A DNA stretch of 64,000 nt. It comes from Pyrodictiaceae archaeon (lineage in GTDB: Archaea > Thermoproteota > Thermoprotei_A > Sulfolobales > Pyrodictiaceae). The stretch lies in assembly GCA_027036135.1 (NCBI GenBank), contig JALVSY010000007.1, positions 68,880 through 132,879 of the forward strand, read 5' to 3'. Shown piece after piece: positions 10,115 to 19,949 of the stretch. Below the pieces are notes generated by a model that worked only from the letters and a program-made list of their open reading frames with translations, did no database searches and had not been told where the DNA came from. Within the stretch, counting starts at the first letter, position 1. Every line of letters starts with the position of its first letter. Position numbers and translations under genes: made by a program.

Positions 10115-10181
10115 GGGTCAGCATCCCCGCTCAGCTCACAGCCCACTAGAGAGGGCTCGCCCCTTCTAAGCCTCATCACCA
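10115..10181 (-). ncRNA. C/D-box guide sRNA; D' guide fits the tRNA-Arg(UCU) anticodon loop
   Basis: Minus strand: g GTGATGA(C) ggcttagaaggg GCGA(D') gccc-tctctagt-gggc TGTGA(C') gctgagcggggatg CTGA(D) ccc. Confidence 0.68.
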
Positions 10182-10316
10182 TTACTATTCGATTTACCCC
10201 CGACCTAGTTCCCCAGAGTATCCCCGTCTAGTCCTTATAGTTGCGCCTACTCTCTAGATACTGTAGATACTGGGCCCTGGGATAGGACTGCAGAGTATCC
10301 ATCCGGGTTCACAGCT

Positions 10317-11402
10317 ATGATCGTATTCCGGGACACTGGTTATCGTACCGGGCTTGGGCTGAGCTTCTATAACCGGCTCCAGGACCTTGAGTGCCTAGAG
10401 AGCTTCCTGCGGGCTGCGAGGACGCTGATAATCTATGGGCCCCGGGGTGTCGGTAAGAGCGAGCTCACCCGGTACTATTTGTTGAGGAGGGCTCCCCGGC
10501 TCAGCGGTGTTCTTATTGATGTGCGTAGGCGTGCTGCTGAGCGCCTCGGAGTCCATGGCTCCCTAGGCGACGTGGCCAGGGTCTTGGACGATATTGTCTT
10601 CTGCGCCCTTGGCACTGGTAGCCTTGTCAGGCTCGTGGAGAGCATTTCCCATGCTCTACGGGGACTTCAGGGAGGCCTCGTGGTTATTGATGAGTTCCAC
10701 TTGCTCTACCGGGACAGGGAGGAGGCTGTTGCTGAGCTTGAGCGCGTAGCCGGGTACCTGGCCAAGACACTGCATGGTCCACGCCTAGTCCTTACTGTGA
10801 GCGAGGGCTTCGTGGCAACCAGTAGGGCTAGGAGGAGACTGATAGGGTACTCGGCGAGGTATATGCTTCTCGAGGGACTCGGCAAGGAGAGCATGGAGGC
10901 GCTCTACAACGAGTACCGGGAGCGCTATGGCTGCGGCATAGGCTTCCAGGAGTATTGGGGAGTATTCGGCGGCGCCCCGGGCTACCTCGTTGAGGCATGC
11001 CCCTTGTCCCGCGAAGAACTCCTAGGAGAGTACATCCCGGGCATCCTCCGCGACACAGTGGACGAGGCAGTAGCGAGGCTTTCGGAAGAGCTGTCCAGGG
11101 AGCCCCGCGAAGTACTGGGTCTTGTTGCGAAGCTACTAGAGGAGCAAGGTGGTGAACCCATCTTTGTCCAGAACCCTGTACTCCACAGAGTCGCCGAGCA
11201 ATTGGTGGAGTACAATGTGCTCTATCCGTGCAGGGAGGGGGCAGTGGAGAGGTATCTCCCCCCGCTACCCGTCTACGGCGCTGCCATAGTCCTCGCTGCC
11301 CAGGGCGGCTACAGCGCCGCCTCCCTAGTACCGCCAAGCGTCTTAGAGAAAACAGTGGTGGAGAACGAGTGGAGCAATGCCAGGTGCCTAGCCCCGGGAT
11401 AG
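10317..11402 (+). CDS. Archaeal ATPase (ATPase_2 / STAND-like)
   Basis: FYNRLQDL, Walker A GPRGVGKS, Walker B VVIDEFH, FGGAPGYL. Confidence 0.85.
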   Translation: MIVFRDTGYRTGLGLSFYNRLQDLECLESFLRAARTLIIYGPRGVGKSELTRYYLLRRAPRLSGVLIDVRRRAAERLGVHGSLGDVARVLDDIVFCALGTGSLVRLVESISHALRGLQGGLVVIDEFHLLYRDREEAVAELERVAGYLAKTLHGPRLVLTVSEGFVATSRARRRLIGYSARYMLLEGLGKESMEALYNEYRERYGCGIGFQEYWGVFGGAPGYLVEACPLSREELLGEYIPGILRDTVDEAVARLSEELSREPREVLGLVAKLLEEQGGEPIFVQNPVLHRVAEQLVEYNVLYPCREGAVERYLPPLPVYGAAIVLAAQGGYSAASLVPPSVLEKTVVENEWSNARCLAPG

Positions 11403-13289
11403 TCTCCTCTCCACCTCTCTCAGTGCTCTCTGCGCCTCCTCGGCTGCGAAGCCTAGGCCTAGCTTCTCAAGGGTCTCTGGCAGTGGTACGCCGTACTCTT
11501 CGTGGTAGCCCCTGGCCCGGTAGAACTCTCTTATTGCTTCGCGTAGGTCCTCCCAGCTAAGGGCTGCTTTCTCGCCCCTCAATGGGCCCTCGGGGATTGG
11601 CTCCATCCATCTCTTCGGGACAGTGTCTCCCTCGGGTACTCTCCCGGCTAGCGCAGCGTGTATCCTCGCTAGGGCCTCTGTGCGCCACCCTACGAGGCGT
11701 AGCTCCTCTATGCTCTTCTCCAGCCCCGTGACGGCCTTGTACATCCTAGTTATCTCCTCGTCCTCGTACGGCACGAAGGCACAGAGCCCTAGGCTGTCTA
11801 GGAGCGCCTTGTGGTCGCGGTCCTCTAGGAAGCTCCTAACCATCTCCTTTGCTGGTCCCTTGCTTGGCCTCTCGTGCGGCCTCGGCCAGCCGCGTAGGTG
11901 GCTAGCACCAACGTCAGCGGTGGCATAGCTTACTGCGAAGCCCCTGCGCCCACGGGGATCCCACGCAGCCGATTCCAGGCCCTTGACGTGGACCGCTCTG
12001 TCTCCTCCGCGGCCAAGTATCTTAGCGGCCTTCTCCACGCCCTCCGCCAATACCGCGCCTATGCCTCTCCTCTCGGCTATTAGCCTGGCTAGCTGCTTGA
12101 CTGCCTCGGCTTCACCGAACCGGGGCTCCACTGTGAGCCCGTCTAGCTCCTCTCTACTGAGCAGGCCGTCCTCATAGAGCTCCATTAGCCATGAAACTGT
12201 CTCGCCGAAGCTGATACTATCCATCCCGAGCCTGTTCACAAGCCACTCTATGTAGATGACCTCGTCGGGGTCCAGGACGCCCGTAGCGACGCCGAGCATT
12301 GCTAGGTTCTCGTACTCCGGCTTCACCACTATGTGCTCGTAGCCCTCCCGGCGGGGCGAGACAAGCTTACTACACTTAACTGGGCAGCCCCATCCCCACA
12401 GGTAGCCAGCATAGGGCTTGTACCCTGCCCTGCCCAGCTCCCTCGCCAATACCTCGTCGCCGCCGAGCCTTTTGGCCTCGTCCTCTGGCAGCCATGGCCT
12501 CTTCCAGTGCCAGCCAGGGCACATGCTGAGCCGGCTACACACCGAGACACCGTCATTGGTGCCGTACCTTGCCCAGGCCCTGGTAGGCTCATCCCTCTCT
12601 ATGCGGCGATAAATCGCTAGGTAGGCCTCGCGCCACTCCTCTACACTAGCCCGGCTCGGAGGCCTCCTACCCCACACAGCTATTGCCTTAAGCTTCTTAG
12701 CGCCCATTACCGCTCCTAGGCCGCAGCGACCAGCAGCGCGGAAACCATCAACAATGATGTTGGCGAAGCGCACAAGCCTCTCCCCAGCAGGCCCAATGGC
12801 AGCAACACTGGCACCGCTCCTCGTCTCCCTCCGAACCCCTATCACTGTGTCCCACGTACTGGAGCCCCATAGGTGCTTGGCCCCGCGTATCTCCACCCGT
12901 CCATCCTCGAGGTAGAGGTAGATGGGCTCATCACTAGCCCCCGTGACTATTAGCGCGTCGAAACCAGCCATCTTCATCTTCGAGCCAAAGACCTGGCCAG
13001 CATAGGTGTCACACAGAATATTGGTCAAGGGACTCTTAGCCAAGAACCCTATCTTGGATGCACCGGGAGCGTGAGCTGCTAGCGCCCCAGGGGCAACGAT
13101 CAACACATTCTCCTCGGGGTCTAGTGGGTCAATGCTCGGAGGTATCAGGCTGAACCCATAGTAGTAGAGGAACCCTTTCCCGCCAACGAATAGTTCAACT
13201 AGCTCCCTGCTAAGCTCCTCGATCCTTACCTTGCCGCTTGAGAGATCCACGATGGCTACTCGGCCAGCGTATCCAGGAACAGGCGCCAA
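11388..13289 (-). CDS. Aldehyde:ferredoxin oxidoreductase family (tungstopterin) protein
   Basis: KSPLT, IGPAGERLVRFA, GRCGLGAVMGAKKLKAI, PEYEN, GMDSIS, DPRG..GASH. Confidence 0.92.
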   Translation of the reverse strand: MAPVPGYAGRVAIVDLSSGKVRIEELSRELVELFVGGKGFLYYYGFSLIPPSIDPLDPEENVLIVAPGALAAHAPGASKIGFLAKSPLTNILCDTYAGQVFGSKMKMAGFDALIVTGASDEPIYLYLEDGRVEIRGAKHLWGSSTWDTVIGVRRETRSGASVAAIGPAGERLVRFANIIVDGFRAAGRCGLGAVMGAKKLKAIAVWGRRPPSRASVEEWREAYLAIYRRIERDEPTRAWARYGTNDGVSVCSRLSMCPGWHWKRPWLPEDEAKRLGGDEVLARELGRAGYKPYAGYLWGWGCPVKCSKLVSPRREGYEHIVVKPEYENLAMLGVATGVLDPDEVIYIEWLVNRLGMDSISFGETVSWLMELYEDGLLSREELDGLTVEPRFGEAEAVKQLARLIAERRGIGAVLAEGVEKAAKILGRGGDRAVHVKGLESAAWDPRGRRGFAVSYATADVGASHLRGWPRPHERPSKGPAKEMVRSFLEDRDHKALLDSLGLCAFVPYEDEEITRMYKAVTGLEKSIEELRLVGWRTEALARIHAALAGRVPEGDTVPKRWMEPIPEGPLRGEKAALSWEDLREAIREFYRARGYHEEYGVPLPETLEKLGLGFAAEEAQRALREVERRLSRG

Positions 13290-13496
13290 GCCCTTATCCC
13301 CACAGTATTAGCTACGGGCGGGGAATAGTTAACCACTGCTTCGTGGACACTGATGCCGCCTCGTTGAGACACGGCCCGGGGTCTCCTAAGTGGCGGGCTA
13401 AAGGCTTTTTGCAACAATTTCTTAACCAAATATGTTATTAATTCGGCGTCTTTCTCATCTTATCATAGTAAAGAATCGTTGGAGGGCTGGCCAAGC

Positions 13497-14088
13497 ATGG
13501 CCGGGAAGGAGCCAGGGTTCATGAAGGGTGCTAGCTGGGTAAAAGTGTATCATGCCTACTTCCAGTCAATGGTCGTGGAGGGGCTCACGCAGCTAGCCTA
13601 TGACGCGATGGGCCCCGATACGGGGGTTCGCGGCGGTTGCCCGGATAATCGAGAAAGGCGCAATGAAGGGCTTCGGCGCATTGCTCGAGGAGGCCAAGAA
13701 GGCTGGCATAGAGCTACAGGGTATCGGGCTCCGGGAGCTACTAGAGTACGAGGTGGCTTGCCACCGCAAAGCCATAGAGGAGATGGGTGTTGATTTCCAG
13801 CTCTTCGAGAAAGTAGTCCCATTAGAGAATGGCGAGGGATACGCACTAGAGACTAGGCACTGCAAGTACCACGAGCTAGCTAAGAAGAACCCTACGGTCT
13901 GCGGTGTCTGCGTAGGCATAGTGACGGGTATACTGAAGTGCTTCGGGATACGCGCCCAGTGGGTCTCCCATCCACGCAGGAAGAATCAGCTATGCCTCCG
14001 CGAAGAGAAGCCAGAATACGTTGTCTACAAGGACCCCGATGTCGAGCCCCCCAAGTGTAGGATAGTGGTTGAGAAGCTCAAGTGCTAG
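13497..14088 (+). pseudogene. V4R/MetOD1-like Cys-containing ligand-binding protein, frameshifted near 13613
   Basis: N-terminal ORF joins the 13600 ORF if one C is removed from GGCCCC; ETRHCKYHELAKKNPTVCGVCVGIVTGIL motif. Confidence 0.6.
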
Positions 14089-14124
14089 GCCCTTGTCTTC
14101 CACGAAGAAGGGGCGCCCTGCTTC

Positions 14125-15492
14125 TCACCGGGGACTATTATCTTGTTGCAGGGCATCCTGGTAGGGCTTGAGCACCTTGCCCCACTCAGCCCAGTATCCC
14201 CGGCAATACTCTCTATCAGCTGTGCTAGGTGCTGGCTCCTTTGTGGGCGCGGGGTCTAGTGCTGTTAGGCAGTAAACCCTTGGGGCTAGTTTCTCTTGTT
14301 CCTCCCAGTCGCCTTCTAGGAGCCCCGTGCCTAGTAGCCGTCTTATCGTCTCCCGGTACCTTGGGTGTATTGGCCTAGGCCTTGCCCTGGCGAATGGCGT
14401 GCCAGGCAAGGGTATAAATGCGTGGAGCCTCATCTGCGCCTTCATAGCCGCTAGCTCGTCCATGACCCTTATTGTCTGCTCCACTGCTTCCTCGTCCTCG
14501 CCGGGGAGCCCAAACAATAGGTCAACGACTGGGCGGTAGCCGTAGCGCTTAGCAAGCCTTATAGCCTCCATAGCCTCCTCGACGCTGTGGCCCCGGCCAC
14601 TAATTGCTAGAACCTTATTGCTGCCGGATTGGAGCCCGATGGCTAGGCGCTTATTAGCAGCGTAGCGGCGTAGCACCCTCAGCGTCTCCCTAGTGACGTA
14701 CTCTGGCCGGGTCTCGCTGGGGAATGTACCAAGGTATGGCTTGCCACCAACGCTCCTCACGCCTCTAAGCAGCTCCTCTATTGCCCCGGGGTTGGGCTCG
14801 CCGGGCTTTTCTGAGCCATAGGCTAGGCCTATTGGGGCGATGAACCTTATCCTCTCCTTGCCAGCAGCTACATAGGCCTTGGAGGCCTCCACTACGGAGG
14901 CTACGCCGCGGAACCTGACCCTGGCCTTGAAGAGCCATGGTACTTGGCAGAACCTGCACCGGTAGAAACAACCCCTCATAATCTCTATGGGCGGGTAGAG
15001 GCCGTGCTCCCTGCTAAACGGCTCGTAGTCGTCGAGGCTAACAAGCTCGGCTCGTGTCACGCGGAACAAGTCTCCCTCACGGTAAGCGATATTCGGTACA
15101 TCGCCTAGCTCGCGCTCACCCAAGAAGTGCTCAGCCAACCCGATAACAGCGCTCTCCCCGTCACCAACAACAGCGGCGTAGACGCCGAGGCGGAGAAGCT
15201 GCCAATAAGCACCCTCGGCATGAGGCCCACCAGCAACCACGGGGAACTCCTCCGCGACACGAGCAACCTCCTCCATGAGGCCTAGGAACACCGGGCTACT
15301 AAGACCATAGAGGACAACTACCCGGCGCCCACGCTCCCGGAGCCCACGAGCAACACCAAGGGGGTCACCATCGCTGAACACTAGGCCGACACGGTGGCCG
15401 AGCAACCCAGCACGCTTAAGCGCAGAAGCAATAAAGGCGAAAGCATTACGAGCACCATAAACACTACGAGCAACAAGCACCAAACGCTCCAC
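14125..15492 (-). CDS. B12-binding domain / radical SAM protein (TIGR04013-like)
   Basis: VAGGPHA..VGDGE, PPIEIMRGCFYRCRFCQ, GTFPSETRPE. Confidence 0.88.
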   Translation of the reverse strand: MERLVLVARSVYGARNAFAFIASALKRAGLLGHRVGLVFSDGDPLGVARGLRERGRRVVVLYGLSSPVFLGLMEEVARVAEEFPVVAGGPHAEGAYWQLLRLGVYAAVVGDGESAVIGLAEHFLGERELGDVPNIAYREGDLFRVTRAELVSLDDYEPFSREHGLYPPIEIMRGCFYRCRFCQVPWLFKARVRFRGVASVVEASKAYVAAGKERIRFIAPIGLAYGSEKPGEPNPGAIEELLRGVRSVGGKPYLGTFPSETRPEYVTRETLRVLRRYAANKRLAIGLQSGSNKVLAISGRGHSVEEAMEAIRLAKRYGYRPVVDLLFGLPGEDEEAVEQTIRVMDELAAMKAQMRLHAFIPLPGTPFARARPRPIHPRYRETIRRLLGTGLLEGDWEEQEKLAPRVYCLTALDPAPTKEPAPSTADREYCRGYWAEWGKVLKPYQDALQQDNSPR

Positions 15493-15642
15493 GCCACCAA
15501 TCCCTCACAGCTCTAGCCGCTACCTCCTATTAGGCTCCTAGGAGCCCGGCCAAGGAATATAGCCATCGAGCAACCAGGCCAAGCACTTGGCTAACACAAG
15601 GCCTATGGAGTAATGACGTCCGGTATCAAGGCGTCCAAGGGT

Positions 15643-16098
15643 TCACGGAATTACTCTTAGCCATGGTACCCGCTTAAAGTCCTCGTCAAAGGTTAGTACC
15701 GTGTCTATGCCATAGTGTTTACAAGTTAGGACTATCTGGGCATCATTTGGCAATAGCCTATAACTCGTCACTACATTGATGTACTCCTTAAAGTCATAAT
15801 AATCCTCAATAACTTCTACACCTAGGTCTTCTATAAGGCCCTTGATAAGCCCAATAACCTCGGGTGGATAGCCATGCCTTCTTATAGCTTCTCGGAGACT
15901 ATACCTTCCCTTTGCTACTCCCTTTCGCCGATAATACTCAAAGGCTGCGACATAGAGTGCCTCGTTTATTGCTATACCAGAGGTCACAAGCACGTTATCC
16001 CTTAGCGAGGCTAATGCGTCCTCGACAATAGGGTATTTCTCGGTCTCTAAAAGGATGCTCAGCAAGATGCTAGTATCTAGGTAAACAAATCTCTTCAT
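15643..16098 (-). CDS. vapC: VapC PIN-domain toxin
   Basis: YLDTS, LLPNDAQI, TFDEDF. Confidence 0.9.
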   Translation of the reverse strand: MKRFVYLDTSILLSILLETEKYPIVEDALASLRDNVLVTSGIAINEALYVAAFEYYRRKGVAKGRYSLREAIRRHGYPPEVIGLIKGLIEDLGVEVIEDYYDFKEYINVVTSYRLLPNDAQIVLTCKHYGIDTVLTFDEDFKRVPWLRVIP

Positions 16099-16334
16099 TG
16101 TACATGAGCCTCTTCCTCTAAGCGTAGAAGCTCCTCTAGACTAGCTTTCCCGAGAGCACCCTTATACTTGCGGAGTATGGAGCGAACATCCCTCTTGATA
16201 CTAACAAGTACCTCTTCGCCCTCTTCTAGATCCACGTCATCAAGGAGTTTCAGCACACCTTTCTCATAGCGTGCACGAATAACTCTTTGCAAGAGCTCTA
16301 ACCCCTCTACTATGGGTGCTTTTACCGAAACCAA
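16095..16334 (-). CDS. DUF104/AF2212-like antitoxin
   Basis: ARYEKGVLKLLDDVDLEEGEEV; overlaps vapC. Confidence 0.85.
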   Translation of the reverse strand: MVSVKAPIVEGLELLQRVIRARYEKGVLKLLDDVDLEEGEEVLVSIKRDVRSILRKYKGALGKASLEELLRLEEEAHVQ

Positions 16335-16603
16335 TAACGTTTACTCTATTGGAATTTCACTAAATAATCGTAACCACAAAATAGAGTCATCAAAGAATAC
16401 TCTAGAGCGTTAACATTACTTGGTTAACATTCTGCTTAGTTAGTCATAATGTTAGGATTTTTCTGCAAGGGAACACCCTGGTTCAATTTACTATTCTCTA
16501 AATTGATTAAAAATTATCTCTAATAAGAATAAAACTGTTGGAAAAGATCAATGAAACAACACCGAGCGTTGGCGCCATCTTATGGTAATGCATGGATTCT
16601 GGT

Positions 16604-17710
16604 TTACTTCTCTGCTTTTACCAGATTTATGACTAGTTTCATGGGTATTGTTGTCTCTGTGCCGTTCTCGTCCTCTACGCTTATTGAGCCGTCTATTTCT
16701 AGGTGTTTTATTACCCCGTGGCTTATTGTTGCTACTCCTTTTGTGCCTTGGCCGCTAAATGTCTGTGCCTTTGTCATTGTCTCTGGGAATAGGAAGTAGG
16801 GTATCTGTGTAGCGCTGCTCGATAGTGTTGTGCAGACCATCTTGCCGGGTGGGTATGGCCATAGCTGCGTCATTGCCTGGCTCGCTGTTGCCTTGTCGCC
16901 ACCAACTATGCTGTATTTTAGGCATACCTTGTCACCGGTTCTCTTAACAACGTCTACTCTTACATCATAGGTCGTTGCCGTGTAGTCGCCGGTGGGTTTG
17001 CCGGTGGCTATGTCCATCTTAGCTACTTTCCATGTGAACTTGTAGTAGAGTGTCTTGACGCTAGCTGAGCTGGGCTCGGTGCTGCTCGGTGCCTGCTGGG
17101 TAGTTGTCCTGGATATTTGCTGCTTTGTCGTGGCTGCTTGCTGGCTTGTTGTCGTGGTTGCTAGTCTTACGCTGAGCTGTACTGGGACCTTCTCGCCGTT
17201 ATAGTCGACGGTGTAGCTGTAGTTTAGGCTCCTCAATACACCGTTCTCGACGTAGGCCTTGCCAGCGCCGCTTGCCGAGTTTATGGCCACGTCACCGGTT
17301 CTACCCGGGTCTGTGAAGTACGTTGATAGGTCTACTTGCTTGGCTTTTAGGTCTGTGCAGAGCACTTGGTTCTCCGCGGTGTATCCCTGGTAGCCGTACA
17401 TGAAGTCGCGGATGAAGCTGGGATCGCCCTGCTTTACGTCAACTATCTTGTAGGTGTAGCATAGCTGGTCACTAGTCCTCTTGACCACGTGTACTGCTAC
17501 GTCGAAGCGATGGGTCTCGTGGTTCTGGCCGACTACTACCTGGTAGCTATAGGTTAGGTCCTTGGCGTTGCCCGTGCTTAGGTCATCGGTGGTCTTTGTT
17601 GCTGTTATGCTGTGTATGAACTGGCTCGGTGTCTGCCCGGTGAAGAACCAGACAGCTCCGAAGAATAGGGCTCCCAAGACCAATACGGTCGCGATTAGTT
17701 TTCCTAACAA
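16604..17710 (-). CDS. Membrane-anchored surface protein with two tandem beta-rich domains and Thr/Gln/Ser linker
   Basis: N-terminal hydrophobic anchor; VVKRTSDQLCYTY and VVKRTGDKVCLKY repeats; linker TTTTSQQAATTKQQ. Confidence 0.75.
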   Translation of the reverse strand: MLGKLIATVLVLGALFFGAVWFFTGQTPSQFIHSITATKTTDDLSTGNAKDLTYSYQVVVGQNHETHRFDVAVHVVKRTSDQLCYTYKIVDVKQGDPSFIRDFMYGYQGYTAENQVLCTDLKAKQVDLSTYFTDPGRTGDVAINSASGAGKAYVENGVLRSLNYSYTVDYNGEKVPVQLSVRLATTTTSQQAATTKQQISRTTTQQAPSSTEPSSASVKTLYYKFTWKVAKMDIATGKPTGDYTATTYDVRVDVVKRTGDKVCLKYSIVGGDKATASQAMTQLWPYPPGKMVCTTLSSSATQIPYFLFPETMTKAQTFSGQGTKGVATISHGVIKHLEIDGSISVEDENGTETTIPMKLVINLVKAEK

Positions 17711-17852
17711 GACGTGTACAACTCTTTCGTTTCCAGGGTACTAGTAGTCCCCGGCCCTAATAAATGCTCGCATAAACACTACTGGGGTAAAGAAGCAGAC
17801 TACATGAGGCAAGAGATGTTCTTGAAGAAGCTTGTCGCGTGTGCTATGAAAG

Positions 17853-19415
17853 CTATTCCTCAACCGTTTTCACCGAGTATTTGTAGGCTTCTATGAGTGT
17901 GCTTGGGGGTATGCTTAGCCTTACTAAGCGGTGCCACTTTGGCTCGGGTGCCTCGTAGGTGTAGTGGTCTAGGTTTACTCCGAGGCTCCTAGCAGTGCTC
18001 CATAGCTGGCCTAGTCTCCCGCCTCGCCGGGCCCACTCATCTATTATCCTTGCTATCTTCTCGTCTCCCCTCGCCACGACTGTCTGGGCGTAGGCGTAGC
18101 GGTAGCTCAGCGGCTCTATGCTCAGCACCTTGCTCTGTGCTCTCCGTAGTATCCTTACTCTGCGCTCATAGCTAGCCCTATCAATCAAGCGGTGGAACTG
18201 CATCGGTGTATGAGGCTTGGGCACCAAAGGGTTAAGAGTAACCCTTATCGCCTCGCGCATCGGTGGAGCCTTCTTGCTCAGTTCTCTCAGTGCATCGGCG
18301 TAGCCCTCTACGTCTCTATCAGTCTCCCCGGGGAGCCCGAGCATAAGGTAGAGCTTGACGTGCATCCTCCGGGCCCACGCCCAGCCAGCCACCTCCTCGA
18401 CGAGGCCACGGCTCATACACTTCCCTATGCCTCGGCAAAGCCTCGGGCTAAGGGTCTCGGGCGCCACTGTTAGGACTCTTTGCCCAAGCCTCGCCAGTAG
18501 CTCTACACGGTCCTCGCTGAGCATATCCGCTCTAAGACTCCCAATACTCGCCTCGAGGCCCTCCCCCTCAAGGTACTCGAGGAGCCTGTCAGCAGCAGGG
18601 TGATCGAAGAAGCTCAGCGCGTAGAAGGCTACACGGCTAACCCCGTTAGCCTCGACGCCGCGCTCTATGAGGCCGCGGAGCTTCTCGTAGCTCCGGTGAC
18701 GCGTGGGTAGGAGGAAGTGAGCCTCCATACAGAACCTACACATATGCGGGCAGCCCCTACTAGCCTCGACCATGTATGCTTCTCCCCATGGCTCCCCGCT
18801 ACCCGGTACACGGAACTGCGCAACGGAGTGGAAAACATTGTCAAGGTCGTGTACAAGGGCTTTGTCCACGGCCCCGCACCCCGGGGCGAGGAACCCGGGC
18901 CTACACGCAAGCTCCTCAACCACGCCCCTCGCTCCGTGCTCGTAGGCTTTCTCCACGAGGAGGGGGAGCAGGGGCTCAGCCTCCCCAACCGCGACCAGGT
19001 CTCCGGCCCCCAGCGCCACAACAGGGTTCATACTGGGAACGGGGCCGCCCAGGACGACCAGGGGGTGTTCCTTGTTCCTCTCCTCGCGGAGAAACGGGAT
19101 CCCCGCTGCGTGGAGGATGCGGGCAAGCGTGACATAGTCGAGCTCATAGCTAATACTAGCAACTATTAGGTCGAAGTCGCGGAGCAAGCTACCAGTCTCA
19201 AGGCTACGAGGCACAGGCTCAGCGCCAGCCGTTGAGCTGGCGACGAAGCGCTCAGCATACACGTAGTCAAGGCTATTAAGGAGATAATACATGTTCTGAT
19301 AAGCCAAGCTAGCAACAGCAGCACCATAAGGAGCAGGATACACAAGAGCAACCCTCAGACAACCCCTACAACGCTTAACCACGACACCATGCTCCCGCGA
19401 ACCACAACACCTCAC
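17853..19415 (-). CDS. Radical SAM protein with B12-binding-like N-terminus
   Basis: ALVYPAPY, SYELDY, EASRGCPHMCRFC, SLRAD, YLMLGLPGE, PKPHTPMQ. Confidence 0.88.
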   Translation of the reverse strand: MRCCGSREHGVVVKRCRGCLRVALVYPAPYGAAVASLAYQNMYYLLNSLDYVYAERFVASSTAGAEPVPRSLETGSLLRDFDLIVASISYELDYVTLARILHAAGIPFLREERNKEHPLVVLGGPVPSMNPVVALGAGDLVAVGEAEPLLPLLVEKAYEHGARGVVEELACRPGFLAPGCGAVDKALVHDLDNVFHSVAQFRVPGSGEPWGEAYMVEASRGCPHMCRFCMEAHFLLPTRHRSYEKLRGLIERGVEANGVSRVAFYALSFFDHPAADRLLEYLEGEGLEASIGSLRADMLSEDRVELLARLGQRVLTVAPETLSPRLCRGIGKCMSRGLVEEVAGWAWARRMHVKLYLMLGLPGETDRDVEGYADALRELSKKAPPMREAIRVTLNPLVPKPHTPMQFHRLIDRASYERRVRILRRAQSKVLSIEPLSYRYAYAQTVVARGDEKIARIIDEWARRGGRLGQLWSTARSLGVNLDHYTYEAPEPKWHRLVRLSIPPSTLIEAYKYSVKTVEE

Positions 19416-19595
19416 ACCAGGATAATCACCCCCTAGAACTCCCGGGCCAAGGCCCCTTAATAGCTGACAACTAGAGTAATGATGCGAAAAAGGACTTGCA
19501 ACGGTTCTTGATGTTACGCAAAATCTATATCACTGCCATCATTTACATGAGATGGAAATATGTATATAACTATGAACACTCTGTGACTCCCTGAG

Positions 19596-19949
19596 TTAAA
19601 GGAGCAATACTTTCATTATCTTCTGGTTTATCTCGTCCCGTAGCCGCGGCCCTATGGAGCCTATTTCACCCGCTATAAGCCTCTTGTGCAACGTAGCTAT
19701 CTTGGATAACTTTAGCACAGAGGAGTCTGTCTTGAGCCCCGTGAGTCGGAACTCAGGATGCGACATGGTTATTAACACATCTGTCTCTGGGTCGTATTTG
19801 TCTACCCTAGAGGAGATAAACGCTACAACAACATCTCTCCCACTATCGTGGAGAACGAGTGCTGGCCGGAGCTTTCTTCCCCTAAGATCCGTAAAGGGAA
19901 AGTAGATAAGCACTATCTTACCCTTTAACGTCGTCCTCTGTGTAGACAT
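19596..19949 (-). CDS. mazF: MazF/PemK-family toxin
   Basis: GKIVLIYFPFTDLRGRKLRPALVL..AFISS..TGLKTDS. Confidence 0.88.
   Translation of the reverse strand: MSTQRTTLKGKIVLIYFPFTDLRGRKLRPALVLHDSGRDVVVAFISSRVDKYDPETDVLITMSHPEFRLTGLKTDSSVLKLSKIATLHKRLIAGEIGSIGPRLRDEINQKIMKVLLL

Noticed and set aside
13365-13380. TGAGACACGGCCCGG resembles a 16S rRNA segment
   Set aside because: Only about 15 nt with no flanking rRNA similarity; likely chance
16604-17710. Pyrodictium cannula (CanA-like) or pilin subunit
   Set aside because: I cannot recognise CanA or class III signal peptide features; left as unknown surface protein
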